From positions 1,088,001 to 1,152,000 of the forward strand of contig OZ243974.1 of the NCBI GenBank assembly GCA_965214775.1: a DNA stretch of 64,000 nt, read 5' to 3'. The first letter of the stretch is position 1, and the number at the start of each line of letters is the position of its first letter. Below are positions 53,681 to 63,917 of this stretch, piece after piece. Below the pieces are notes generated by a model. It ran no database searches, had not been told where the DNA came from, and saw only the letters and a program-made list of their open reading frames with translations. This DNA comes from Nitrosopumilus sp. GTDB taxonomy: Archaea > Thermoproteota > Nitrososphaeria > Nitrososphaerales > Nitrosopumilaceae. The translations under genes and the position numbers were made by a program.

Positions 53681-55563
53681 ACGAGGAGGACGTTGTAGGA
53701 ATTTTCGTAGGGCTGGAAAGCTCATCAAACGAGTACATTGCGTATCTCATCGCCCCATACCAGCCGGAATTTCCAATAGAGATAGGGGACCTGCTATTGA
53801 TCAAAAGCACCAGCAGCGGCCAGATGGTGACCCGGGTGATGGACTATGTTCCGCGAGGCGAATTCATGACATCAATGGGAGAGAGATGGCTCAACGAGAT
53901 AACATCACAGGGTGAAATAGACGCAGTCGGCCAGGACATCAAGAGGAGTAAAATCAGCTACCGCGTAAGGATAAAGGTGCTCGGATCGATATATGATGGG
54001 GTGTTTTCCCCCGGTCTCAGACGAATACCCCAGATTACGAGCAAGGTCAGCATACCGGACAAAGACGAGTTCAAAAAAATCATCACGGGTGCCGTGCAGG
54101 GAGGAGAAGAAGGAGAAAGGGAATCCGACGATGTCTACATAGGAAATCACGCGCTCAACGGCGATGTCCGGATATATTTTAACCAGAGTCATCTCAACTC
54201 AAAGAGAACGTTCGTCTTTGCCAGGGCAGGATACGGCAAAAGCAACCTCATGAAAATCATATGCAGAGAATGGAGGCCAGATAACGGCGGGCTTTTGGTC
54301 TTTGATCCGGAAGGAGAGTATGCGGTAACTGACAAAAAGGGAAGGCCCGGCATAATGGATGCACGCGGTGCCATACTTCTTACCAACCAGAAGGTCGATG
54401 ACAATCTGGCCAACGTGCACCGGGACATAAAGCTTGATCTTAGAACCGTATCACACAAGATGGCAATACCCATTCTTGTAACCCCGGAAAAACATGAAAA
54501 CGTCTTCTTTAACAAGGTGATGGGAATGGAAAGGAACGTTTGGTCACGACTGGTAAGCCTGCTACATGACAAAGGATGGAACACCGGCCAACAGGAAATC
54601 AACGAACTGATCACGAGAAATCATCAGGATGGTTTTGGCGATGATCAAAATGGGAGAAGCGTGGTTACGCAGGCCATAATCAACAACCTTGTACCTGCAG
54701 TTCAGAGGCTTCACAGTCCGGGATCAAACACGCTTGATATAGTCAAAAATGCGCTGCGTCGCGGAGAGGTTGTCATATTTGACATATCCAGAATAGATTC
54801 CCAGACTGCCAGGGATGTAAGCTCCATAATAATCAAAAGCGTCTTTGAGGAGAACAAGAGCAACTTTATCAAGCATGGAGGAAACAACCTGATAAAGGCC
54901 ACGTTTGTTCTGGAGGAGGCACATACCGTACTGTCAGAATCATACAGGGGTGCCCCGTCTGCATTCGTGGAGCTGGCAAAGGAGGGAAGAAAGTACAGCC
55001 TCGGCGGTATATTCATAACACAGCAGCCTGGCTCCATACCGCCTGAGATAGTCAGCCAGGGTGACAATTTTTTCGTGTTTCACCTGCTCAGCAAGGCAGA
55101 CCTAAAGTCGCTGTCAAACGCAAATGCCCACTATTCAGACGACATCATAACCCAGATTCTAAACGAGCCGATTCGTGGAAAGAGCTACATGTGGACGTCC
55201 CACCAGCCGTTTGTGATCCCGATAACGGTCAGAAATTTTGAAGATCCAGAACTGGCTACTCCCAACAAGAGCATCGACATCCAAAACGACAACAACATCC
55301 TCAATGACATAGTCGACGGCCTGGTTCGGGAATCAAACGATCCACTGTTAATGTCGATACGTGACAAGCTATACGAAGTTGAAAATGATGGAGGTAATGG
55401 AAAAGAGAAAACCATAAGACTATACAAGAAGCTGACAGAAGATGAAAAAAGGTATCTCAAGGAAAGAAACTGCCTGGCACCATCATACAATGACAATGAC
55501 TATGCAGTATCATATCGTTGTTATGACAGCCTGCGGGATCACGGCAGTATTACTGGATCATAG
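53677..55563 (+). CDS. HerA/DUF87 ATPase
   Basis: HAS-barrel-like N-terminus, ARAGYGKS, FDPEGEY, VLEEAH, EGRKY, ITQQP. Confidence 0.9.
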   Translation: MNEEDVVGIFVGLESSSNEYIAYLIAPYQPEFPIEIGDLLLIKSTSSGQMVTRVMDYVPRGEFMTSMGERWLNEITSQGEIDAVGQDIKRSKISYRVRIKVLGSIYDGVFSPGLRRIPQITSKVSIPDKDEFKKIITGAVQGGEEGERESDDVYIGNHALNGDVRIYFNQSHLNSKRTFVFARAGYGKSNLMKIICREWRPDNGGLLVFDPEGEYAVTDKKGRPGIMDARGAILLTNQKVDDNLANVHRDIKLDLRTVSHKMAIPILVTPEKHENVFFNKVMGMERNVWSRLVSLLHDKGWNTGQQEINELITRNHQDGFGDDQNGRSVVTQAIINNLVPAVQRLHSPGSNTLDIVKNALRRGEVVIFDISRIDSQTARDVSSIIIKSVFEENKSNFIKHGGNNLIKATFVLEEAHTVLSESYRGAPSAFVELAKEGRKYSLGGIFITQQPGSIPPEIVSQGDNFFVFHLLSKADLKSLSNANAHYSDDIITQILNEPIRGKSYMWTSHQPFVIPITVRNFEDPELATPNKSIDIQNDNNILNDIVDGLVRESNDPLLMSIRDKLYEVENDGGNGKEKTIRLYKKLTEDEKRYLKERNCLAPSYNDNDYAVSYRCYDSLRDHGSITGS

Positions 55564-56704
55564 CCATTACCTTTCTCTTGAATTTTTTGGAATCAAAGTC
55601 CCTCCATGCTGACATCCTTTGGCTTCTTGGAATCGCCCACCTTTCCTTCCAATAGTCGGCCATATCCGCAAACGGCCTGTCAAACCACACGGGCCGCTTG
55701 CCGTTTTGTATCACGTTGTCCAGGTTTCTTGCCAGCGGAAACAGGTATACGTCACGCCTTATGCCGTGTGTATGAAATTCCTTCAATCCGAGATGTGTGA
55801 ACGCCTTTTTTAGCAGTCTGATCTTGCGGGATGGTCCGTGCCCGTAGCTGGTAGACGTGTCAACCCCCATCCCTTCAAGCATGGAGTAAACATCCCTGAC
55901 AAGATACTCGGGCATATGAAACGTCCCCATTCCCTTGGTCTGCCCGATTCTTATGGCTACAGGCCGGTTCTCATATTTGAGACGGTCATACATGCTGCTT
56001 TTTCCAAATGCACTGGTAGTGGTTACAAAGAGAAGATCCGCCTTTAGTGTGCGCTTCTCCATCATGGTCTTGCACCCGCCATATTTTTTCCTGTACGTGC
56101 TTCTTACCTCGTTGCTGGTTACTGCCAGGGCAGCCATCTTTCCGCCTATGAGGTCGTTGTACGGCGGGAGGGCCCCGATCCTGCCTGCATTCATTGACAT
56201 GTTGGCCCAGTAGTCAAGATCCTTTTTTGGTATGTTCAGATAGTCGTCTCTTGCCCCCATCCGTAGCAGCGGGCTCTGCATTTGTATCAGACCAAACGGC
56301 ATGTCATGTGCCCTGTCCCATATGATAAACCGGATCTGTCTGCCATATGCCCTCTGGTATGGCATGCTCCACCATACAAGGTTCCACCAAAAGAACAGCT
56401 TTGACTCAAACGATTCCGGCCTGACTTGACGTATCTCCAGATCAATGTCCCCTGGAATTATCTCAGAACCGTTGCGGCAGAACTTCATTGCGTGCCTTGC
56501 AAAACCGGCCAGGAACCTTTGATGTTCTGAAATCTGGGCAAGCCTGGCGTTCTCTTGAACCTTTTTGTATGTGGTTTTGTCTTCTTTTGGAAGTCTCAGA
56601 TGCGGGTTTACCGAAAACCCGCTCTTGTTCATAAACTGGACTATTCTTTTCTTTAGCTCAAGTTCTGACTTTTCAAGCCTCCTCCCTTCAGGTAGCCGTT
56701 TCAA
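55550..56704 (-). CDS. DUF4338 / Druantia DruA-like protein
   Basis: WSMPY...YGR, GALPPYNDLIGGK, TTSAFGKSSMYDRL, YWKERW. Confidence 0.75.
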   Translation of the reverse strand: MKRLPEGRRLEKSELELKKRIVQFMNKSGFSVNPHLRLPKEDKTTYKKVQENARLAQISEHQRFLAGFARHAMKFCRNGSEIIPGDIDLEIRQVRPESFESKLFFWWNLVWWSMPYQRAYGRQIRFIIWDRAHDMPFGLIQMQSPLLRMGARDDYLNIPKKDLDYWANMSMNAGRIGALPPYNDLIGGKMAALAVTSNEVRSTYRKKYGGCKTMMEKRTLKADLLFVTTTSAFGKSSMYDRLKYENRPVAIRIGQTKGMGTFHMPEYLVRDVYSMLEGMGVDTSTSYGHGPSRKIRLLKKAFTHLGLKEFHTHGIRRDVYLFPLARNLDNVIQNGKRPVWFDRPFADMADYWKERWAIPRSQRMSAWRDFDSKKFKRKVMAMIQ

Positions 56705-56758
56705 TCAATCACTAAACTACAAGACAATAAGAACAATAATTCTATTTGCATTTTGCCT

Positions 56759-56925
56759 GAGAGGTGATCCGAAATTAGAAACCGTGCAAATCAATGCCAG
56801 GATTTTTCTGCACGTCTGCCAAGTAATTTTACAGACAGACAACTTGGTATTTGCAAGCATTTTGACCGGTTTGATGCAGATTCGTTCATGCGTGATCCGA
56901 ATCTGCTAATTTCGAATCGCTTCTC
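56759..56925. mobile_element. MITE family L (~165 bp)
   Basis: GAGAGGTGATCCGAAATTAG-type ends; inverted partner at 59984-60149. Confidence 0.75.
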
Positions 56926-56942
56926 AGAGATCCAGACTGCCA

Positions 56943-57438
56943 TTACCCGTCAATTTTTGATATGGCATTGATAATCTCATTTTCTTGTTTTTCGACAAGT
57001 TCACAATATCGTCTGGCTGGCAAAGCAATTTCATCGTAATCGAGTTTGCCTATGTTGACCTCTTCCTCCAACTCAATAATTTTCTTCACATACGAATTAC
57101 GATCCTTGATCGTTGCAAAAATATTCTGTACATCTTACTGCATGCTAACATCTAGATAGTTAATGCGTCCTGAATTAATGAGTGAATCATACACATCGTG
57201 ATTTAAAAACGCCGCAACAAAATTGTATTTTTTACCACCATATTCTTTTGATACACGGGTATGTCGATTGCTTGTAAGTGCAGTCTTCCCATCGTCTAAC
57301 TCCTTCAAAATATTCTCCGACACAAGGCACTTGGTTGATCTCAGATCAAGGTATCTTTTTACAAAATAATACACTGGCGATCCTCCAACTCCAAGTACTA
57401 TTACCACATTCGTAATAAGCAACAGGCTGTCTTTTTTC
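56943..57438 (-). pseudogene. Membrane-anchored hypothetical gene, 5' end cut by IS481, internal TAA at 57135
   Basis: Reading frame continues past the stop (DVQNIFATIKDRN...). Confidence 0.55.
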
Positions 57439-57858
57439 TGTTTCATATGAAAATTAGTTCCACCCCTCATTAGTATCATTCTCCATCCATTTGGGGTCGC
57501 TTTTCCTGATCGCTTCTGTAGCCTCCCGGCTCCAGAACGCCATCCTGGGAGTCTCGGCATGCCTGATGTCAAGCGACCAGTGCGTCCTGCGCTCATTGTA
57601 GAACTCGATGAACTTGTCTACTTTGTCAAAGTGCGTCAGCTCCTTCTCAAGCGTCCCGAACCACCTCTCCAGCTTGCCGTTGGTCTGGGGGTGATGCGGA
57701 CGCGAGTTGAGCAGGACGATGTTGCGCTCTAGTAGCTCGTTCTCAAACAGCGTGGGCATCCAGCTGCCACGGGGGATACCACGTCTGGCCGACGTAAAAC
57801 AGCTGCCGTTGTCTGAGAGTATCTGGGCAGGCATCCCAAACTGCCTGATGGCCTTGCG

Positions 57859-57976
57859 GTAATAGGTTAGCCCCTGCCTAGAGTTAAAGTCACACCCCCA
57901 GCTGTTCAGGCATGAAAATCGCAACTGCAGGCAGATTCATGTCTGATTGCTGCCTAGGCAGGGACTATCCTATTAC
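57859..57976. mobile_element. MITE family F
   Basis: 8-bp duplication GCCTTGCG inside the IS481 coding sequence. Confidence 0.93.
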
Positions 57977-58259
57977 GCCTTGCGCAGCACCAAGACTGCG
58001 TTCTTCGAGGTCGCGTGCTCAAACACACCGAATCCGGTTATGCACCGCGAGGAATCGTCAAGATACGCCACCAGATTGAGCCCTCTCAGGCGTGGATCCT
58101 TCATATCGTGCCAGTCCACGTGCCACATTGCGTTGGAGTACTTGCGCTCATAGCGCAGCCATTTCTTTTGGCCCGACTTGGTATCTGATGCGGCAACGAG
58201 TCCCTGCTCCTTCATTATCCGATATACGCTGTTGTAGCTTATAACGTGACCTGCATCCT

Positions 58260-59552
58260 CAGCTAAGTGAAAAGTACCCCAGATCCTGCGTCATGGAGGG
58301 GGCTTGGGCTCCCTGATATAGATCCCCATGCACTCCTTGAACACCAGCATCGTCATGACATTCTGCACCCCGGGCCCCTCGCTGAGCAGCGCCCGGATAA
58401 TTATCCACTCGTTGAACAGTACCATCGAATAGTAAAAGCACAGCATCCTGGCTGCCAGGTCGACGGTCCGGGTCTTGGCCCTGCACTCCTCTAGCTTGGC
58501 GTATCCTGTCTCGATTCCCCACCTTGAGGAGTACAGCTCGATCCTGATCTTGGGACAGTTCGTTGCAAACCCGATGAACTTTTTTTCCGGCCTGTCCTCT
58601 GCCGCATCCACCGGCTTGTTGTCGTCCCCGGACTTTTTCCTGTCCGTTATTATCATCGTATACGTGGCCGAATCCGTGTTGTTCTCGATTATGTTTCCGG
58701 ATACCCGGGATCTCTTATCGTCATCGAACTCGCTGAGTGCTGCGACCACGTTGCCCGTGTTCCTGCACGGCATCAGGAACTTTACTCCCCTCTCCTGTAG
58801 CATGGCAATCACCTCGACTGAGAAGAACTCGCGGTCAAGCAGCAGAAGGCGCACCTTGATTCCTGCCCTTTCAAGCTGGTCAAGGATCAAACCGGCCGAT
58901 TCAGGCACGGAATCGAGCCTTTTTACGTGCAGCACGCCCAGTGTCAGGCCCAGCCCGTCGTCGATGCACTGTACAGTGATGTACCTCTCGGCGTATGTGG
59001 TCCCGTCCTTTTTCTTCTGGCGCGACAGGTTCTCATCTGGCCTTCTGTCATAGCGGGAGATCTTGTGCAGGTCTATTGCTATTGTCAGCCCGCACTTGGG
59101 AATCCTTTTGGCCCTGCTTAATCTTTCACACTGCCGTTTTATCTGCGCCTCAAAGGCCTCCTGCGCGGCCTCCGGGGTGGTCGCCTTGATCCTGTAGGCG
59201 TGCCACCTGGCAGAGGGCCCGGCGCCGCTTGTACACCCCGTGGCGTTGATGCATCCGCCCACCGATGCGTCACTGAGGGCGCCGCGCATCATGCCGCGGT
59301 TCAGGTCGTCGATCCCGTATATGGCGTTGTGTTTCCCGGACATTCTGACGCACGAGAGCATGTTCCTTCCGCCATCTGCAACATGTTCATATATGCGCGG
59401 GTTGTTCTCAAGATCGCGGCACTGTCTGGATTTTTGCTTCAACAAAAACCACGGGGCCGCACCCCAATTGATCTGTTTGCATCTGATAGTATTGTCAAAA
59501 CGGTCTAAATTTCTTGGTTTTCTGCCTGACTGGAGTACTTTTCACTTAGCTG
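58260..59552 (-). mobile_element. ISH3-family element
   Basis: CAGCTAAGTGAAAAGTAC inverted ends; no clear target duplication. Confidence 0.88.
58291..59445 (-). CDS. ISH3-family transposase
   Basis: IAIDLH, LLDREF, YSSRWGIETGY. Confidence 0.9.
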   Translation of the reverse strand: MLKQKSRQCRDLENNPRIYEHVADGGRNMLSCVRMSGKHNAIYGIDDLNRGMMRGALSDASVGGCINATGCTSGAGPSARWHAYRIKATTPEAAQEAFEAQIKRQCERLSRAKRIPKCGLTIAIDLHKISRYDRRPDENLSRQKKKDGTTYAERYITVQCIDDGLGLTLGVLHVKRLDSVPESAGLILDQLERAGIKVRLLLLDREFFSVEVIAMLQERGVKFLMPCRNTGNVVAALSEFDDDKRSRVSGNIIENNTDSATYTMIITDRKKSGDDNKPVDAAEDRPEKKFIGFATNCPKIRIELYSSRWGIETGYAKLEECRAKTRTVDLAARMLCFYYSMVLFNEWIIIRALLSEGPGVQNVMTMLVFKECMGIYIREPKPPP

Positions 59553-59983
59553 CATTTAGGACGAATTCAAGCAAAAAAATCGAGTTATGCAACAAACTAG
59601 GGTGCGCCGCAAGGATCGGCGTGCAGGTGGAGGTGGCCTGAGGTGAATTAGGCGACAGCCCCGTGCGCACCATGCCGATGTACTGCTTGGCGTGCAGGTG
59701 GAACACCGCCTCGACCTCGTCGTTTGAGGGCGGCGGCGATGCGGGTCTGTCGGGGCTCTTCTGCACGTGTATCACGCCGGTCCTTTCGGACTCGGCGCAC
59801 AGCCTGCCCACGTACCGGGGTGTCACCTCCAGCTCCGCTGCTGCTGCCTTGCGGCGTATCTTATCTGTCGTTCCGTAAGCGTTGTCTTTCTCATCGTTTT
59901 TCTTGATCGGTAAAGGGCAAAATATTCCTTGGTTTTTGTCAAAATACTAGCCGAACCTAATTTCTGTATAAGATATTAATCCA

Positions 59984-60149
59984 GAGAGTTGATTCGAAAT
60001 TAGCAAATTCGAGTAATACATAAGCGGATTTACTTGCATCAAGTCGATTAAAGTGCCTGCAGATGACAAGTTGCCTGTAAGTTACCTGACAAATGTACAG
60101 AAAAATCCGGGCAATGGTTTGCGTGGCTTCTGATTTCGGATCATTTCTC
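59984..60149. mobile_element. MITE family L
   Basis: Reverse-complement homologue of 56759-56925. Confidence 0.75.
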
Positions 60150-60216
60150 AGGGCAGGCCGCCCATTGATCTGGCCGCGTTTCGCAAAGCCGTCCCGAACA
60201 GATCCGGGATCTCCTG

Positions 60217-60969
60217 CTACGCATGCCCCCCGTCGACCGTCCTGAGGTAGGCATCAACGACCTCATCGGAGCTACCCTCGGCCAGCACCTTTCCGCCGTG
60301 CAAAAATATGGCCCTGTCACAGAGACGCTTTATCTCACCGGCGTTGTGGGATACGTAGATTATAGTCTTCCCCCTCTCCTTGAACTCCATGAACTTGTTA
60401 AAGCTCTTCTCCTTGAACCTGACGTCGCCTACGGCCAGCACCTCGTCGACTATCAGGATGTCCGGATCTACCTGGACGGCTATGGAAAAGGCAAGCCTTG
60501 CGCGCATGCCAGAGGAGAAATTCTTCAGCTTTGTGTTGAGAAACCCCTCCACCTCTGCAAACTCTGCTATGTGCTTTATCTTTTTGCTGATCTCGCGCTT
60601 TGTGAATCCCAGTATGATTCCGTAGAGCAGTATGTTGTCCCTGGCCGTCAGCTCGGGATTGAACCCTATGCCAAGCCCCAGAAACGGTATGATCCTTCCC
60701 CGCGAGACCACGCTGCCTGCGTCCGGCGAATAGATCCTCGAGATGATTCTCAGCAGCGTCGTCTTCCCGCAGCCGTTCAACCCCACTATGCCGAACATCT
60801 CCCCCCTTTTTACCGAGAACGAGACGTCATCAAGCACGCGCAGCCTTTTGCCCCTTCTGGCCCCTGGTCCGATTGCAGACGTCAGGTACTCAAACAGCGT
60901 GGTGTGCTGCTCGCCGCCGATCATAAAGTCCTTGGAGACGTTTTTTACCTCTATTGCGTTCATGTCCAT
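60217..60969 (-). CDS. Polysaccharide-export ABC ATPase (Wzt/TagH-like)
   Basis: GLNGCGKT, FSSGM, VDEVLAVGD, VSH. Confidence 0.92.
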   Translation of the reverse strand: MDMNAIEVKNVSKDFMIGGEQHTTLFEYLTSAIGPGARRGKRLRVLDDVSFSVKRGEMFGIVGLNGCGKTTLLRIISRIYSPDAGSVVSRGRIIPFLGLGIGFNPELTARDNILLYGIILGFTKREISKKIKHIAEFAEVEGFLNTKLKNFSSGMRARLAFSIAVQVDPDILIVDEVLAVGDVRFKEKSFNKFMEFKERGKTIIYVSHNAGEIKRLCDRAIFLHGGKVLAEGSSDEVVDAYLRTVDGGHA

Positions 60970-61623
60970 GCTCCTACAGATGCTCCACCAGTTTCTTATC
61001 CTTGATCCTGAAGACAACGTATCCTGCAACGAATATGGCTGCAGTCGTGCCGATGATGTAAAGCGTGGCATACAGCGTGGGAAGCCTGTCGTACAGCACT
61101 AGGTCGCGGGCCGCGTTGAGAATGGCTGCCATCGGGTTCAGCTGGAGTATCGTACGGATGTTGTCTGGGAACATGTTCAGGTCATACAGTATGGGGGACA
61201 AGAAAAAGCCCGCATGCACGATGACCTGCCAGATGAACTCCATGTCGCGAAAATACACGTTCAGCACGGAAAGGAGCAGCGAGAAGCCCAAGGCCATGAT
61301 GAACAGGTCAAGCAGGACAAGCGGAAGGAGGACTCCAGTCTGCGGCGGGACGAACTGAAAGGCGGCAATAAACACCCCAAAGGCTGCAAACTCGAACGCC
61401 ATCATGATAAACGAGGTCAGACAGGTACTGATGACCAGTATCTCCCTTCTAAAGTAGATGCTAGTCACCACGTCGGATCTTTGCAAAAAGCAGGTCGTCG
61501 ACGCGGTTGTTGCACGGCTGAACATGTACCATATGATGAGGCCCAGCAGCAGGTAGAGAGGATAGTATTGGATTTCGCTTTTGAAGATGTTGGTAAACAC
61601 GAAATACAGGACCGCCAGCATTA

Positions 61624-62729
61624 TAGCAACGGTCACAAGTAATTGAGGGCTTTGACCGGCGATCTGTAAATGTACTTGTACATGCTAAGGTGGGCAAACG
61701 ACACCGTCCTATAATATTCGGATATGGCATGCCGCAGCTCGCTGATTTTCCTGTACACTATCCCCCTGAAAACAAAATGCTTGCCCAAGTTCCAGCATTC
61801 TTCCACGATATTGAGGTACGGCGATCCTTTCGGGATCATTATCAGTTTGACATAGGGATGGTCGACCAGATATTCTGCGACATCAGTAGATCTGTGCACA
61901 CTCCACCTGTCGCAAAAGACGGCAACCTTACCAAACTTGGCGCGCAGCGCCTCCAGACATTCTATGAACTGCACCGACGTAAAGGATCCCGTAAACGTCC
62001 TGAACAGCCTTCTGCCGTCTTCTGCGATGCTTCCAAACACGGCCACCTTTGTGTGGTCTCCAGAGTACGATGCCACGCTTCTGGTGCCGACCGGACCCCA
62101 CACGTATCTGTCATATGCGCCCTGCACGAAGAACGCCTCATCAGATGACACCAGCGTAAAACCGTCGTTTTTCAGGCACGGAATACGCACGTTTTCAAGA
62201 TACCACTGCCACGAGTATACCGAGCTTGGGGTGGCATGGTTGACATGTATGTTTTGCACCTTGCGGCGCGACAGGCCATGCTGGCGCATCATTCTCCGGA
62301 CATGCTCTATGCTGTATTCTGTCCCGGTGGCATCCCTTATGTCATCGCGTACCGTCATGACATCGGTACTTTTGCATGCAGTAGACAGATCCATTATGGC
62401 TGCAATACTTTTCCTGTCCACCTTTGGTCTGCATCCGGAACGGGGAAGATCCCGGAGACCGTCTATGCCGCCCTCCGAAAACCTCGCCAGCCAGTTACGC
62501 ACGGAATTCTCACTGCACCGGATCTTTCTTGCAGTCTCGGGTACGCCCATGTCGTCTTCTAGCACAAACATCAGCGCCATGATCTTCTTGTAGACTTTGG
62601 CATCCTTTTCTTTGCGCATGGCCTCTGACAGGATGTCTGTTTCTTTTGCCATACATACTGCGCCAGTTACGTGATCATTATACTTTTCGAATGACCTTGT
62701 TTTGGCTCAAAGACTTATGCTCGTTGCTA
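61624..62729 (-). mobile_element. IS630-family element, intact
   Basis: TAGCAACG ends; TA duplication. Confidence 0.93.
61633..62652 (-). CDS. IS630 transposase
   Basis: SSDEA, CDRWSVH, SPYLNIVEECW. Confidence 0.92.
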   Translation of the reverse strand: MAKETDILSEAMRKEKDAKVYKKIMALMFVLEDDMGVPETARKIRCSENSVRNWLARFSEGGIDGLRDLPRSGCRPKVDRKSIAAIMDLSTACKSTDVMTVRDDIRDATGTEYSIEHVRRMMRQHGLSRRKVQNIHVNHATPSSVYSWQWYLENVRIPCLKNDGFTLVSSDEAFFVQGAYDRYVWGPVGTRSVASYSGDHTKVAVFGSIAEDGRRLFRTFTGSFTSVQFIECLEALRAKFGKVAVFCDRWSVHRSTDVAEYLVDHPYVKLIMIPKGSPYLNIVEECWNLGKHFVFRGIVYRKISELRHAISEYYRTVSFAHLSMYKYIYRSPVKALNYL

Positions 62730-62905
62730 TAAAAGCGGCTCAAGAAACGTCCAAAAAAATCCCAGAACCGAGTTTTTATACCGGATTTTAATGTCCGCGA
62801 CGGCCATTGCCATTATCTGGGAGCGGCGCCGGACTATCTCATTGAGCAGGTTTTCAGACACGATCTTTACAAATTGCATCAGATTATTATATCATCAGTT
62901 CCCGG

Positions 62906-63005
62906 CAGTCTTCAGATGTAATCAGACTCATGGCAGTGCGGATGGTGGCATGCAGATCCGCATGTCGCCTCCACCTCCACGAGTCGGTTGCTTCTGGGAA
63001 GACTG
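62906..63005. mobile_element. MITE family B (shorter variant)
   Basis: CAGTCTTC...GAAGACTG; GCAGATCCGC core. Confidence 0.75.
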
Positions 63006-63048
63006 ATGGAACCACCTAATTTAAGTACCCATTCGGTATCGCATAGAC

Positions 63049-63444
63049 ATGGATAGCACTATCAGAGAAACATCAATCAAGATATTAGAATCATTGAAAA
63101 AAACTTTGGAAAAAGGCAATTTGAGTAATGCTCATAATTTTGGCACTATTCTCACTGAAATTTCGGTTATGCTGGATTCGAAGGTGGGAGTCTTTATTGG
63201 CGAAATCGTCGAGTCTTCTTTCCTACAGTTATTTAGAGAAGCATCCACGTATGAGATTAACAGTGAGGAACATACCAAAGAAATACAAGCGTTGAATTCG
63301 TGTGTGAATGATTTGATAAGTGCGATCAGATCCGGTGAAGACAACAATATTTATTCTGCTCTGCTTGAACTCAGGTTTTATGCAACAAAAAGTCAGTATG
63401 ACATGCCTAGTAAATACAAGCGTCGTCCTACTCGGTTTAGGTGA
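63049..63444 (+). CDS. Hypothetical helical protein
   Basis: AT-rich ORF; GTGA overlap with the next gene. Confidence 0.65.
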   Translation: MDSTIRETSIKILESLKKTLEKGNLSNAHNFGTILTEISVMLDSKVGVFIGEIVESSFLQLFREASTYEINSEEHTKEIQALNSCVNDLISAIRSGEDNNIYSALLELRFYATKSQYDMPSKYKRRPTRFR

Positions 63445-63917
63445 AAATGGTGGTTTCTAAGAACTGGGATAAAAAGGAGCAAGAAATTGAGCAAGAACAA
63501 CATGAACTCCATTCGATATTAAAACGCGATCAGAAAAACATGTTAGATACAACAGGATATGAGAACTTTAGCAGTTATGATGTTGAACGTTCTTCAATAC
63601 TGAGGAAACAATACACCGATGAGACAGAGCAGGCACGACTTGTTGCATACGTACAATTCTTACTAGAGCGGGAAGAAAGCCAAGCAGAAGAAATTTCGAA
63701 AATGCAAAAAGAAATCTCGGAGCTGCAGAAGAGTCATAGGCGTATGCATCTTGATGACCTGCTTGAACAAAACGAGATCAGCAGAAAAGCGTTGGAATCC
63801 ATTCTTGGCAACGAATCCGATGATGTGGACACAACATCCCTTGATGGGCTACTGAAGGATTATGTAGATCCAGAACAAAATTCACAAGAGTTGGTAAGAT
63901 CTGTCAGGGATAACTGA
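63441..63917 (+). CDS. Acidic coiled-coil protein, possible antitoxin
   Basis: C-terminal SQELVRSVRD resembles VapB-type tails; precedes a PIN gene. Confidence 0.55.
   Translation: MKMVVSKNWDKKEQEIEQEQHELHSILKRDQKNMLDTTGYENFSSYDVERSSILRKQYTDETEQARLVAYVQFLLEREESQAEEISKMQKEISELQKSHRRMHLDDLLEQNEISRKALESILGNESDDVDTTSLDGLLKDYVDPEQNSQELVRSVRDN

Larger units (their letters stand above)
57439..59975 (-). mobile_element. Decayed IS481 element interrupted by MITE F, an ISH3 element and other fragments
   Basis: TGTTTCATATGAAAATTAGTTCC end; coding pieces homologous to 34784-35731. Confidence 0.85.
60974..62861 (-). pseudogene. Polysaccharide ABC-2 permease (Wzm-like) split by IS630
   Basis: DIKIRYKNSVLGFFWTFLEPLL (62730-62861) joins MLAVLYFVF in frame across a TA duplication. 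Confidence 0.9.

Noticed and set aside
60223-61005. 260-aa plus-strand ORF, and similar ones at 15872-16480, 33895-34509, 48439-49206, 49713-50414 and 61937-62593
   Set aside because: Antisense shadows of well-supported genes, with no recognisable motifs.
17023-63005. Family B repeats as integron attC-like cassette sites
   Set aside because: No tyrosine recombinase or GTTRRRY cores; repeats are dispersed, have IS-like ends, and one pair shows a target duplication.
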